Below are positions 13,349 through 27,032 of a stretch of DNA of 64,000 nt, piece by piece (the stretch's first letter is position 1; each line of letters begins with the position of its first letter). The stretch is from Botryllus schlosseri (taxonomy: Eukaryota). The position numbers were made by a program, and so were the translations under genes. The notes beneath the pieces were generated by a model. It did not search any database and was not told the origin of the DNA. It saw only the letters and a list, made by a program, of their open reading frames with translations. The stretch lies in the NCBI GenBank assembly GCA_051294905.1, contig CM119371.1:22880001-22944000 (forward strand). Direction: 5' to 3'.

Positions 13349-15923
13349 TGTTATTTTAAGTCGATATTGCACTATATTAATGTAGCTCTCTATAAAACAG
13401 GTTGTATTGAATTTTATGGTTGACCAAATTCTTGATAAACTGAAGTGAGGTTTGGCTGTCAACAAACAAGATTACTCAACTGGATACAGCAGATAACTTT
13501 GCATTGCAAAATTTTAACATAAATGCATTACTGTTTGTACAGCACTTGAGCACATGTATGCATATGACTTGTGCAATGTGACGATGCACAACGGTTAGAT
13601 CCTTGCAATGGCTGAAATTTACTTCTACACTCCTGCAGAGCCAAATGTCATTGGTATGGAGTCAAAATCGTATGCAAAAGTGTGTGTATGAACTCAATTT
13701 GTATATCTTCACATTGGTGAAGCGACTATCATGACTAATGCACCAATAAACGGAAAATAAAATTCTATCTGAAAAGTATCTATCTAACTAAAGGAAAGGA
13801 AAGGACGTAGTTTATCCCTGAGGAATGAGATAAATGTCCTGCAATATACGAAATTTGTAGTAGAGTTTCTGGCATAGCAATACCGGTATAAGACGATGAT
13901 TTTGGTGTGCTATTCCTACAATACCTCTTTTCATAACCTCAAAACGTTTGTTCTGACGCGTTCTGGCGTTCATAACCTTACACTGTGCAGTAGCAACAGT
14001 TTAGTTAGCTGCTATACGCACATGACATCAACTAAACATACATATCTGTGAAGAGCGCATCTCTCCCTTCTGACGACACAGTTAATATCGCCACCGACCG
14101 AAAACAGCTGATTGCTAACGTACGTCATTTGCGTCGATTTGCATCAGTAATCCGCGATAAGATAACTCACAGGCGAATCCGTATCTGTACCACAGAGTCA
14201 CCAGCTGACCTTGTTCGCTGATTAAATTATCGCCGATTAAGGCAATCGGTGATTACTTTTTAATCGACATCTGTGCAATCCACCCTTAAGGACCAGATGC
14301 AAAAAGCAAGCTCCCCAGAAGCTGCATCGATTGCCATATGGAGGGCCCAAGAGCAGTGTTTGTTTTTGGTTTACTTGCAATTTTTATCAGTACAGTACAC
14401 CAAAAGAATAAGAAAAGATAATAATGATGGAAATATAGGAAGGTCTCGAAACGACTTGTAGTAGTCTGTGGAAGCTAACACCCACCTTGGCATAGAGAGA
14501 CGATGTAAAGAGGAGGCATGCAGACTGAATGAAACGTAAAAGAAGACAGTAATTGAGCGCAAGGGGGCAAAAAGAATATGGTTTCGGTCCTCGTTAGTGG
14601 TTACGACTCACCACACACAACCACATACTCCTGAACTGGATCGTGACCAGTGACCATCTCTGATCGATAGGCAAAGCTTTGCTAGTGTGAAGTCATATTG
14701 ACAGACAATATACTCATACCTCATTTTCTATGACATTTTCAAAATGAATGTAATAGTATCAAGCACTTCACGACGAATAGTGGACGTACAGTTCGATCTG
14801 AAAATGGATGGTTTTCCAAATGTCAATCATGTAAGGCATGTGACTTCTAACCCAACGAAGCGTGTGATGATATATCAACCCCGATTACCAGCGGGAACGA
14901 AGATATTTACGGGTTTCGAGACTGCTACTAACTTGTCAACGCATATCTACAAGAAATATTAATCCATCTAGTATAAGCATTGTATAGCATTTCAAAAGCA
15001 CAATACGAACGAGGTTAAACAAGATTGCCTCAGGCCATCATGAATGTTGTATAAAACCAGTATCGATCTCACTAACGAAATATGTATGTAGGACGTGCGT
15101 GTGGATATGTATGGCTTACAGGGCGTACGAGTTGATCGCTGAACAGTGAAGAGTTAATGGATGTGGATTGTCAGCATGTGGATTGGATTATCTTTATTGC
15201 GCCGAATGGAGAAGGACTATTTGCTAATAGCTGTATTTTGTGCAACGATTGCATTGATGGTGATTGACATTATAAGTCTGGAAACACTGGATGCCATTTT
15301 CAAGGAGAATCGAGAGGTAACTGTCAAGCTATCAGTACGTAGAATTACTACATCATTTTGGGATCCATGGTGCGTTTTGCGGAACGTAGTGTGATGAAGA
15401 CGATTTCAAATATGACCTTGATATTAGACCGTTTGGTTGCGTTAACATTAAATTGTAACATACCGGGTATCAATCAACATCGCTGGTATAATATATTTGA
15501 GCACACGAAGTTATCATTCACATTACGATTTTCAGTAACATCAATACGAGTTATCGGACGCAAGCCTTATGTATCAGGGTAAGGGGTTGCATAGGATGCT
15601 GAGACGAAGTGAAATAATAGTAGACACTGATCAATGTTAAGATTGTACTATACGCCTCTAATAATCCATAACTATAGCATATGTGAGGACTTATTGAGAC
15701 TATACAATGTAAATGGCGCTGAGCATTAGACTAATAAATGCATTTAATGGTTTGTCAGTGACTTACCGCATAGCAAGCATGTGCTCTGGATTATAGTATA
15801 AATATTATACAATCTATATAGCATACTGATTTCGCAGCCATGTGCAGCAGTTAAATGGTGGCGCGAGTTTTGCGGAACATGCTTCCATGCTTTTAGCTTT
15901 CATTCATAGCATTTATCGATTGC

Positions 15924-16206
15924 TTGATTATGATGATGAATGCCAGAATACTCTACTCAACGCTTGACATTACTGGAATACGAACTGATATATCGACTTG
16001 GCCTTTTGTAAGATGTCCCCTATTTTTGTCGATCTTACTTTATGCTATTTTCAACTACTTATTATTCAATGTAGCCTATTCATGCCGCATTTCAATCTCA
16101 CCTCTGCCCACAAAGTCGCTTCGACACGTTACTATCTTTACATTTTATGACTTTTATGCGTGCGTTGCTTACCATTTTCTATTTAATTCTCAAAGCCCGA
16201 TGTGTG
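15924..16206 (+). CDS. Candidate first coding exon of the MGAT5-like gene (possible type II signal anchor)
   Basis: The ORF just upstream of the first recognisable exon encodes a hydrophobic stretch (LFLSILLYAIFNYLLFNVAY). A phase-1 donor TGTG|GTAATC at 16206/16207 would join exon 16258 through an intron of only 51 nt. Start and donor are not established. Confidence 0.3.
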
Positions 16207-16257
16207 GTAATCAATTATGATATGTCCATTTTGCGGCACGATACATGTTTCATCTAG

Positions 16258-19200
16258 TTCCCGATGATATAAATACAACATTTCACTTTTATTTCTGCAA
16301 CAAGCCCGTGTTTCACACTGTGTCTTGCGGCACCCGTACCGTTCAAATAACCGACCGAAAATGTGCCAAGCGTCTTCTTTATCTTCGCCGAGTTGAACGG
16401 CATGACTGCTTCCGTCAATATGGAATCTTCAACGAAGGTATGCTACTGTCTACACCAGTGGACGGGAACCTTTTTTGTCCGAAGAGCCATATTGGCCCTA
16501 TTTTTCCCATCTCAACTCCCAAAGAGCCATACATGCCATTCAACTGTTACGTCACAATTGAAAATTCATGACGTCATCATAGCACTAATTCGGAGTCACT
16601 ACATGACATTCCTCGTGTGCGCCATATTCTCTCTGTTAAAACTGGTATTTATTGCTCGAAAATAAAGCTCGAAACGAAGGGTAAGCCACTGACGGGCCAA
16701 GCCTCACCATTGATAATACAATCCACCGTAAGTAGATCAGAATTTGTTAAAACTGATGATATTAATCGAACGCGACTGTTACACTGATTCGGAAAATCTT
16801 AAGACTCATCGACTTCTCAATTCTCAAAGTATTCGGTGGTAACATAACGTTGTGCTACACGCCTACATTTATCAAGAACGTGAATAGCTATGGCGTTGTT
16901 TGTAATTCGATTTTGTAATTGTGAATGTCATATCCACATCCACAGCAGTTCATTCCGCGCCGTAGATCAGGAAGACAATAAGTATTTTAAAACTGCATTT
17001 TGAATGGGCGTCGCCATGTATGCTATGGTCTTTGATTAATCAACGTATCGCTCAATAAAAGATTTCGAGTTGGGTACATAAAATTCGCGACAGTAACTTG
17101 AATTTGATGATTTTGAAAAGAGGGGGTCCGAGCCCCTAAACCTGAAGACGGCATCGTCTTTACCTCTTAAAGACATGTTTGTTTATCCTGCTACGAGAAT
17201 AATTATTCAGGTCGTGATGAAAATTTACCAACAAGTCGCTGCAATATTAATCAATTCAGTTCAAAAATATATATTTGGGAGGGAGCCATATCATTTACCC
17301 AAAAGAGCCATGTATGGCTCGCGAGCCATAGGTTCCCGACCACTGGTCTACCTCTACACTCTACACTACATCCAAGCTCTTGATTTAAGCTGTGCGGCGT
17401 AGCGAACATTTCTTTTTATTCATACCTGAGAATCGACGCCGAATATGGCAACAGCGTGACGCACAATGCCCAATGCCTATACATACGACCATGCATAACA
17501 TGCCGGCATTGCATATATTGCGTTCTCGATAATGTCCATTCTCTGTGGTGTCCATTCCCGGCAATGTCCATCCTCGCCGGTGTCCATTCTTGGTAAAGGC
17601 ATTCATGGTAATGGTTTACTCGGTATTTACCTGACACCTAAGAAATCTATCATCGCGAATTTACCAGAGTACATGCTTCTCTACACCTGGTTAAGGACTT
17701 CACGCCACTGGGTCAACGGGATCACAGATGAGGGTTTCATTTATTCATACCTCTGTGCTACAAGTCCATAACGTTCCGTACATAGGACGCGTCTAAAGGC
17801 GCCTTTGTCCTCTACATATTTCCAACTTGTGTTTTATATAATATGCATCATCAAGTAATGGAGCAATGACGTCACGACGTTGTTCAATAAAGTTCGCCCC
17901 GTCCTAAATGTTTCTACCGCCACAACCAATTTTACATTCTGGCTACGTCTATCTTTTTATATTACAGTGGCCGATTGCAAGTTACTGCAATACCTGATCT
18001 TCATTGAAAAAGTATGCCCACAGTCACTGGCGCCAGCAGTCCTCGAAAATGAACCCGTTGGAACTAAAGCCGACGTGATACAGAGTAGAAGTGTTAAAAT
18101 AGCAAATAGGACAAGGGACATACAAGGCCTTCTGGCTAAACTGAAAATATGCGGGCACGTAAGTATTATCCCTGAACAACACTACAGTGGGATCTGGGCA
18201 AAGGTGATCATGCAATGACGAATAACTCGCACTTCGTCGGAGTACACAGCATACAATCCACGGACACATAGAGAAAACGTGGTTGCAATTTTCTTCTCGC
18301 CAATATCTCGAAAACGGCTTTAGCCACAACTAAACTAATAGTCGCGTTTGACGTCACAGCCTAACTCTAGGAGTTATTATTATTATTATTATTGGATACG
18401 GCAGTGGTGCTTTTAGCCAGGTTAAGGCCTTGTGCTCCACGACATTGCAATTACACGGACAGTACACAATGAATTTCATTTTTTCGGGTCTCTGACGTTC
18501 TTCCATTCTCGCTTCATCGGCGTATCTTTGCTTCACTTTCTCATTCTTCTTGCACTCTCACAGTCTCTTTCACGCACACTTCATCAGTTGATAATCGTCT
18601 CTGTTGCTACCGAATTACAGCTCGGCTCACTGTAGCTGGGCTTTTTAATGTCACTGACTAGCAGTGAGGTCGGCGATGAGGAGCCCATAGAACCTCCGAC
18701 ACATAGTAATTGGTCCGAACCGGGATTCGAACCACCACCATTGGTGTCGTGACGCAGGCGCTTAACCCACTGCGCCACTCGCTTCCCCAACTCTAGGAGT
18801 TATACAAGCTGATACCAGACACTTGAGTGCTATGTTTGTAGAATACACTCCCAGTTCCGCATGACAATTAGTCACCATAAACTTGTTAGATTTTACTCTT
18901 TTAATTTTGATATAGTATATTCATATTGAAATGAACCCGAATATTTTCGGCTGAAACTCTTCAGGGGTAATAAATCATACATATATCATTGGGAAAAGCC
19001 GTCAGTAACTGGCATATTATAGTTCTGTATCACTCCAAGAAGCTCCTTTAACTTTGGAAAGTAGACACTATGGTTTCGGATGAGTCTGCATCCCTTTGTG
19101 AGTTAAATTGTCGTCGTAACTGCGTGAAATAACCCCCGCATTACTGTGACTGATCATACTTTCAGAAATTGACCTTTTTAGTGCCATTAGAAATTTCCGA

Positions 19201-21605
19201 TAGTGGCGAAGATCCGTCTTGCAACTTCTTATTTAGTCATGTGCGATTAACTACGAAAACTATTGCGGGCCTCGATCAAATAAACTATCCACTTATAATA
19301 CTAATACTACTTATACTTGCGTACTTTCAAACTTTTGATTCTCTACGTTCGCTTGAAATAGTTATCAAATACCTTGGAAACATAAGTATTTAAACTTGTG
19401 CTCAAGTAGAAACCTTCAGTAATAGGCTACTTATACATTCATACTTAGTAGCAAGGGTGAGTAGGCCTACTGTGATCACATCTGTATCCAGATCCAGGTA
19501 GAGAATTGTATATAAACTGAAGTCTTATGGGGATTCAACTACAGGTGTGCGATTGGATGAGGAATCGGATAAACTCCACGAAATCACACTGGTTCAAGGC
19601 AGCGAATGACTTTTTTGCAAACACTGAAAAGTACCGACTGTATGGGAAACGCAGGCAACTTACCATATTGCTTCACATGGGGCTTTTGTCGAACGAGCAC
19701 GGACTTGACTTTGGTCGGAAAGCATTTGCAGGTGGACCACTTGGAGAGCTGGTGCAATGGGCTGATTTATTAGCCGTCCTATATTATTTGGGGCATGAGG
19801 TGGTGCTATCCTGGTCAACGGATAGACTGAGAGAAATTTTGATTGACAAAGAGAAAAGCTTCAATACCTGCAAGCGAGCTCTGATTGCAGATTTGGTTTT
19901 TACGGATATTACTGGAATTAATCAGGCATGTGAAGAGTTTTTACTTCGATCTAATCAGCCCAAATTGCTTATTACATTGTTGTAGGTGATATCCCGTTAC
20001 CGCAGTCAACTTGTATTTTGAATTATATATATTTCCAATATAAAAGTAATATCGGGCATGAAAACTACACCTCATAAAAATCCCTGAAATCTTGAGATTG
20101 TCACTGAAGTAATGTCAATCCAATGCCTTGGAAATATCATCCTCCTTTTACGCAGATGCGTCGAATTTTAGGTACCATCCACTTCTATCGGTGCCGTATG
20201 AGAATTCTAGACGTGTTTGGAACTGAACCCGAATTCAATCATCCAAGATATTGCCGAACGAATAGTAAATGCAATAGATGGGGAGGTAAGTCACTTATCA
20301 ATATATCGGACTCTCTAATACCAATTGTAACACTTCTCAACCCTTCAATGGTGGATATTTCGCGGCAAGACTACGGAAATTAAACTTAAAGCATGAGTTA
20401 ACATCATTGCGCATGTGTATAGCCCATAAATACACCAATTAGCTCACTTATATTTTCAAAGAAGTTTGTAATGCCTCATCCCGTAGTTCCCATACTCTAT
20501 ATCAGTGGTGTTCCTGCGCGGCAGTTCAAATCTTGCGCTGCCGAGGCGCAGAAGCCCGTCTAATGGGTTGTCTGCGGATGCTAATCGTTGTAATTCATAC
20601 ACGTATTCCATGAATTTAATAATGCAATGGTACGCTCAAGTCGGATTCGAATGAAGATATAGCTGACAAATAGTCAACTCAAAACGGGTCGCGGGCCATT
20701 TTTCAAATTTCGTAGCGGCTGTGGGCCGCATAAATTCAATATCGATATAAACTAGGCAATCACGCTTTAAAACGTTACGTTAGTACAACACTGTCCTACT
20801 TAACGTAAGCGATGGATATAGTGTCGACAAAAGAAGTAATGTTTTATTAAAGGAATACAAATACAACAAAAAATCATTATCATCAATTTCATTTTATTTT
20901 GAACTCCGAGCTGTGCACGATTCCTGGAAGCGCTTCTCAGCGACTAAAGAATCGATAATGGGGCTAGCGAGATACGTTACTAGCTGAGAGACCATCTCCA
21001 CGTAAAGCTTGATATTTTGGGGAAGCCTAAGGCAGTGGTTCGCAAACGTTTAAGACACGCCCGCCGCTCCATATATGATCGGTAAAACTATTTTACTATT
21101 TGATGTAGGAATAGGTTTAGACCCGAGACAGTTTTTCACACAATTTCCTCACACTCCCGACAACTCTTTTCTGGGATTTGCGGTTCATCAGGCTGTCGAC
21201 GAGGAAGTGGACGTCAACGTAGAAAGGTATAGTAACGTGTAGTAATATGAAATCAGGAGGAACCTGAAATAATCATCATCGAACACTTCCTGAGTCGCAG
21301 TTAGGCAAAATTCTCAGTAACATGTGATCATCTGAAAATGTCTTTTATGAAGAGCGTATGTCTAGGTAACCTAGGATATAAACCTTCGCCCAATGAATAC
21401 CAAAATATTGGTGGCTCTTGTATCTTAAAGTTATAATTCTAATAATATGCCATACTATAGACCTCCTAAATTTGGATGTGTGCTTGAACCACCACTGAAT
21501 ATATCTTGTTTTAACTGCCATATAATTGGATGCATTGTAATTTTGATTGTAGAATTTTTATTTTAAAAAATAGGTGTCTCCTTTACGGAAAGCAGCTGAA
21601 ATATT

Positions 21606-21636
<31 letters not shown>

Positions 21637-24600
21637 CGTTGGAACAAACTTTTTGGATACTGTGCGCAAATATTTTCCGGACATGCATGCGACAATGGCG
21701 AAAAATGAGGTATAATATATCCCATGCAAAACAATGCGTTGCAATTACCATGGCTGATATCATACATGTCATATATTCTTTTTGGATCATAATACACATT
21801 ATTTCAATGGTAAGTTTTACTGGACCAAATAAGAGTATTGATGACAATATTTGGTATCATTTTGAACTGAATTAGTGATAACTTGGTGCTTAAAACGCTC
21901 TGGATGTCATCAACTTACGACACACTGATGCGGGACAATACTTGGTGCAAATATCAGATTTTTTTTTCTGAGGTCATGCACGATGGTACCTGAAAACTAT
22001 TTCTATTTATGAACCCAATTAAGGAAATTGTCAACACTGATTCCCGGGAGCATTGCAATGACGATCCATGTATTTTTGCAAGACAATATATTATGCATCG
22101 AATATTTTCGTACTGTTATATACGTCCTTGAAATAGAAAACACGGAGAAGCACACCCCTTTATCTTGAATTATGATACATTTCCAGATCACAAGCAAGAC
22201 CAAACAACTTCCGAGTTACGTAATAAATCACGGCGCAATGAACCAGAAAGAGTTCCTCGAGCTACTTCGCAGTTCGAGATTGTACGTTGGATTAGGACAA
22301 CCAGTGGAAGGGCCAGCGCCGCTAGAAGCCATCGCGAACGGAGTGACTTTTCTCAATCCCAGATTTTCGCCACCATTGCAATATCACGTTGATAAGCCCA
22401 CAAACAGGACGTTAACGTCGCAGCAACCGTATGTGGAGATGCATATTGGTAATATAGAAATATCAATGCGTGCTAACATTAACGTAGACGCCATCGCGTT
22501 TACGGTACTTGAAAATTAACATTTTACCATCTATATTATAAAAAATCATTGGAAGGATAATCTTCATAGGGTCTATTTACTTGATATGAAACAGATTACC
22601 AAATAACTCTTGACGATATAGGGCAGCAATAAAAAGTCCTCGAAATCAAGTTACAAATACCTTTAGTTCCGGTATCTAATATTATGTCCTTGCAAATTCA
22701 TCTCTACGAGAATGCAAACCCCTTTTTCTAGATTCGCGAATCTTCTGAATTTCATTTACAATCAAGCATACACTGCATGCGTGTTTTGCAATGCGATGAC
22801 TACAGTGAGAGCCTAAAAATGTTACCCGTCGTTCGTTGTTTGTAGCATTCATGGCGTTTGTCGACTACTATGGCAATTTACACTATTCCAATTTTCATCA
22901 TTTTCAATCCGTAACTGCCGACTTGTAGCAATGTCCACTATACTAGGATTTTATAAGACGCCGCCTACACGGACAGATGTGAAGAGAAAATGTTGTCTGT
23001 CCGTCTGTCGTGATTGAATTTTTTTGCGATCCCTAATGTATGGTGACTCCTATGTATATTGTCGCTTCTATGATTTCCTTCCCACACATTAGGAAGCATT
23101 ACGTCCACCTAAACTGCAACTGGTTTATGGCGATGGCGAACAATTTGAAGTATTCGCCTGATTTCCTCAATATTTACGGAGTTAGTTTTATCACTAATGG
23201 TATAAGTCTGCACATCATAGATTTAGCCAATAATATTTAGTAGGTAATATATTTTATATTCTTGCAACAACCAGGTCAACCTTACACCTACACCGTAAAG
23301 ATTGACGATAACACGGAATTAAACGCGGTGTTGAAGAAAATCAAGCACTCGAAGCCAAATAAAAAGAAAGTCCCATATGAGTTCACACACTTGGGATTCC
23401 TCGAGGTGACTGCATATTAATCCAGCGATAATCTCGGCTAACCATAGCAGCCGTCCCAAGCACATAGCCAAGAATGTGACGAAAAACTCTCTTTAATTTT
23501 GTCGATAGTGCCGACACATAGGAAGTGCGACATATTACAAAAATGTTGTGGATTAAATTTTTTTTAACACCCGACATTGCGGCTTTTGTTTTAGCTGTGG
23601 TGCCTGGTGCTGGACATTTCCATTCACAAGCATAGGCTACTATGTTGGCTATTAATCTTAGTGAATAAACTCTCGTTTAGCGTAAGCCAGTGGTTCCCAA
23701 CCTTTTTCGGTGGCAGCGCCAAATTTAGAATTTCAGAGTGCGGTCGGGGCCGCACGAATACCAGGGCAATGAAACGAACCCAAAATAGTAACCAAAATAT
23801 GAAAATTGGCATTGTTCCGATCATTCGCTTGACGCCATTGGCCATTGTGTTGCCGCGCTCCCGTTGTTCAGAACAATCAACTTTTGCTGGCTATTTCGGA
23901 GTAGTTTTAATGCCCTGGCGAGATTTCAATTCGTATTTTTGGAATCAGTGCTACACTTGCTTTCGATAAACACCGACATATCAAATTATTCGGACGCTTG
24001 GGTCGCGAGCTATAGGACTACCAATCATGCTGCTTCTTGCCGGCTAGCAGTACGCATCTCGGCGTATTCAATCGTGAGTCACTTGTTGCACATCTATCCG
24101 TAAATTAGTTATCAATACCCAGGGCCGTAACAGCACTTCGTCAGCCCCCCCCCCAACGTTGCTCTTGGCCCCCATAGGGTAATAAACCGAACTTCGAAGC
24201 CCCCCAGCCCCCCCTCAGGCTAGATGGCTGTTTAGTGTTTCCCGCTATTTAACATCTAAATCGGGTGTCCGTTTTAGGCAGCTTCTCTCGACTGATCGCG
24301 CGAGGCGCGAAAATTTTTCATAATTCATGATTGAATCAATCAATATAATCGGCAATTGCATATATATTGGTATCAAGGTTTATCCTCTCTCTGCTCACGT
24401 AATCAGATTGACCGGTTGAGCCGAGTGAGTTGTGTTTGAAAAGGTAAGACCACTCAATAATAATTAAACATGTCCGGGCGTATACCCGTTGGCAGGAACG
24501 AAACAGCACTTCGTCATGCCCCCCAAAACACGTAGGTCTTGTGCTGCCATAGAGGGATAAACCGACCCCCCGTGCCGTTGTTCGCGTCTGCCAGGAAATC

Positions 24601-26900
24601 AGGATCACCGTTTAGTGAGCCAGCGTGGAGTGCGAAAATTTTCGATAATTCAAAATAAAATAGGTCAATAAGATCGGGAATTGCATATATATTGCTATCA
24701 ATTACTTGTCCGCTCTGCTCACATAATCAGATTTACCGGTAGAGCTGCTGAGTGAGGTGTCTTGGAAACTGTAGGGCCCGTAAATAATAATTAAACATAT
24801 TCGGACGGGCGGACCCGTTGGTACGACTTCGTTACATGATGTTATTTCGCGATCTCCAGTCTGCTCACTTCGCGACCTCCAGTCTGCTATATCGAAAAAT
24901 ATAGAATCGCCCAAACGTACTAAACTAAAAGATGCACACGATTTCAAATTGGTAGTTCTTCACTGGCATATAATTCTTCCCTGCGGGATGGTAGCCTATT
25001 TGTCTCGTGAGGTTCAGATTGCCAAGAAAGGAACATTCGGCGCCAGTCATATTTCGGCGCCTATGGTCAATTATAAGCTACCTATATGTATTTTGTATAA
25101 ACATAACGAAGTTTTCGGTCAGCGTAAGGGCAGTCCTTTGCGGCCAAGGTTTTCTCGCTGCCGATCGTTCTGGCACACTTCTTGGAGTCGCATGTTACAA
25201 GGCCTAAAACTTTATATGTCTTCGTGCATCGTGGCGCGGTAATGGCCAACGCCGATATGCCCACTTCTATAGATCTTGCGTATTTTATCTTGCTGGAAGA
25301 GTACCCAATAATTAGGGTATTTTGAGATTTGAAATCGCGCGTATAGCGCGAAAAATTTTTGAAAAAGTTGCATAAAATACTCTATAATTTATGCTAATTC
25401 ACTAAATAATTTTGGGCCCCCTTCGAGCTCGCTCCCCCCAATTGGGGGGCTTGGGGTGCGGCAGTTACGGTCCTGTCAATGCCTATATCTATACCTATAG
25501 GTACTGCTCGTTCAACAGGAAAGTTAGCGCACATTACATTGAAACAGCAGTGACGTAATCTTAGCAGTCTACTCACAACTTTTCTGCAATCCTAATTGAA
25601 AACTCCTGACTCCAAGCCAAGCAAAAGTCGATTTCTCAATATTTTTGTGGGGGCCGCAAGAAGGCTAGCTGGGGGCCGCATGCGGCCCTTAGGGCCGCGG
25701 TTGGGAATCACTGGCGTAAGCCGAGCTGCTTAATTAGTTTTTCGACTTATTTCCACAGTTATCGGACAAACGGTATTATCAGTATCAGTCATGCAGTCAT
25801 GCTGGTATTAATCTTTTTAAATATTAGAACACGGCCTGGACACCAAATCAATGCATAACTTGGGTGGTGATAATTAGAATAAGATTGGAGAGCTTGACAT
25901 TAGCAAACATGCCACCTATACGGCTTCCGACGACGAACTCGTAGGTAACCTGCCAATATAAACAAATAAACATATATTGAGCTAAATAAGGAGGTAAGTC
26001 AAGTACCTTAGGAACCACCGAAATCACAGCTATTACAGCGAATCTTTCCTGAGAGGTGAATATGCCTCAATTTGCAGAGAATCAACGCGTATGTTGAGAA
26101 CCAGGATTTTTGTAAGGAGCAATACGGCTACGACATTTCCACAGGAGCGATCTGGCGTAATCCCGAAATGACGTGGCCACCCCTATCGTCATTGAAGGTA
26201 TGTGGAATTTTCAAACTATATGTTCTTGTACGCTCACACTATAGTTGAGACATGGTCAAAAATAGTCATTTGTGGTAATCGAGTGCAAGGAGAAGTAAGC
26301 CGGTGAATTTTTACTCAATTTCAAATAAAAATTCAGATTCTCAAGGCATATACCAAAACTAAGTGATAGCTGCAAGTTTTAAATTAACATTGGTTAAACA
26401 CTGCAGTCATACATATGCTCTCTCTTACTCAGTTTTCATGATGATTGCGATCTTGAAAAATGCGAATCTATACAGATGCTAGTTTATACTTGAAAAAATA
26501 GATCGTATTTTGTTGCTAACCCCCTGGCTACCTGGATGTCTTTTCACAGATTAAATTATCCAACAAAGTGGAATCGTGTGCTTCATGCTGCAGAAGATAT
26601 AATCTGACTTGTGATCGGAGCTATTTTCCTATTATAAATCAAGAGACGCAATTTGATCAATTCGGATTCGAATGCACCAAATTCAAAACATTTCCATCCA
26701 GAGCACCACGTTCGAATTCAGGAACAATGGAAGATATTTGTCACGCACCTAGCATAGATCGGAGGACTGATTCCTGCACCATTCAGAACGATAATTTGCT
26801 GATGTCCTGCGCATGCGTGCCCGCTCCCTACATTGAACGATTGTGTCCATGCAGAGGGTATAAACCAGATAATATTGCTATGTGTCTGCATTGTGAGTAA
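16258..26900 (+). CDS. MGAT5: Alpha-1,6-mannosylglycoprotein 6-beta-N-acetylglucosaminyltransferase (GnT-V, MGAT5/MGAT5B family), multi-exon, 5' end uncertain
   Basis: Phase-consistent exons read by hand: 16258-16437, 17968-18158, 19545-19925, 20156-20285, 21109-21226, 21574 (or 21553)-21709, 22187-22448, 23275-23405, 26078-26197, 26550-26900 (TAA). Motifs matching GnT-V: GGPLGELVQWAD, RILDVFGTEPEFNH, QFFTQFPHTPDNSFLGF, LLYGK, PSYVINHG, VGLGQPVEGPAPLEAIANG, PYEFT, RINAYVENQDFC, WPPLSSL and the Cys-rich C-terminus RLCPCR. MGAT5 vs MGAT5B cannot be resolved. Confidence 0.93.
16456..17345. mobile_element. hAT MITE in an MGAT5 intron (same family as 35262-39864)
   Basis: TIR CAGTGGACGGGAACC/GGTTCCCGACCACTG; TSD GTCTACAC/GTCTACCT; interior colinear with ~35620-36270 and ~39722-39864. 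Confidence 0.8.
18378..18788 (-). mobile_element. tRNA-derived SINE, full length
   Basis: On the - strand: A box TGGCGCAGTGG, B box GGTTCGAATCCC, (TAA)n tail; 15-bp TSD AACTCTAGGAGTTAT at 18363-18377 and 18789-18803. Confidence 0.9.
21608..21637 (+). repeat. (AAC)10 microsatellite inside an MGAT5 coding exon (poly-Asn)
   Basis: Perfect in-frame trinucleotide run between YGKQLKYY and VGTNFLD. Confidence 0.95.
23688..25713. mobile_element. hAT MITE containing a nested element
   Basis: TIR CAGTGGTTCCCAACC/GGTTGGGAATCACTG; perfect TSD GCGTAAGC. Confidence 0.9.
24120..25475. mobile_element. hAT-like MITE nested in 23688-25713
   Basis: TIR CAGGGCCGTAAC/GTTACGGTCCTG; TSD TCAATACC/TCAATGCC; an inverted copy lies at 37073-~39495. 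Confidence 0.85.
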
Positions 26901-27032
26901 CACTGGGCCGAAAGAAAATCTTCATAGCCGAAGCACTGCAGGCAATGACCACTGTGTACTAGGTGCAATATCATATTCCATCTTAAGCGATATAAAAATT
27001 TCTTTTAATGTACACCGTTAAAAATATTCTAT

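Larger units (their letters stand above)
10532..14285. mobile_element. Decayed PIF/Harbinger DNA transposon
   Basis: 27-bp TIR GGGCGGATTGCACAGATGTCGATTAAA with one mismatch at the right end; 3-bp TSD TTA (10529-10531, 14286-14288); carries Myb/SANT-like and transposase remnants. Confidence 0.88.

Noticed and set aside
18710..18788. tRNA gene (also ~41755-41833 and ~42460-42540)
   Set aside because: A/B boxes continue into a shared body, with simple-repeat tail and TSD in the full-length copies; these are SINE heads.
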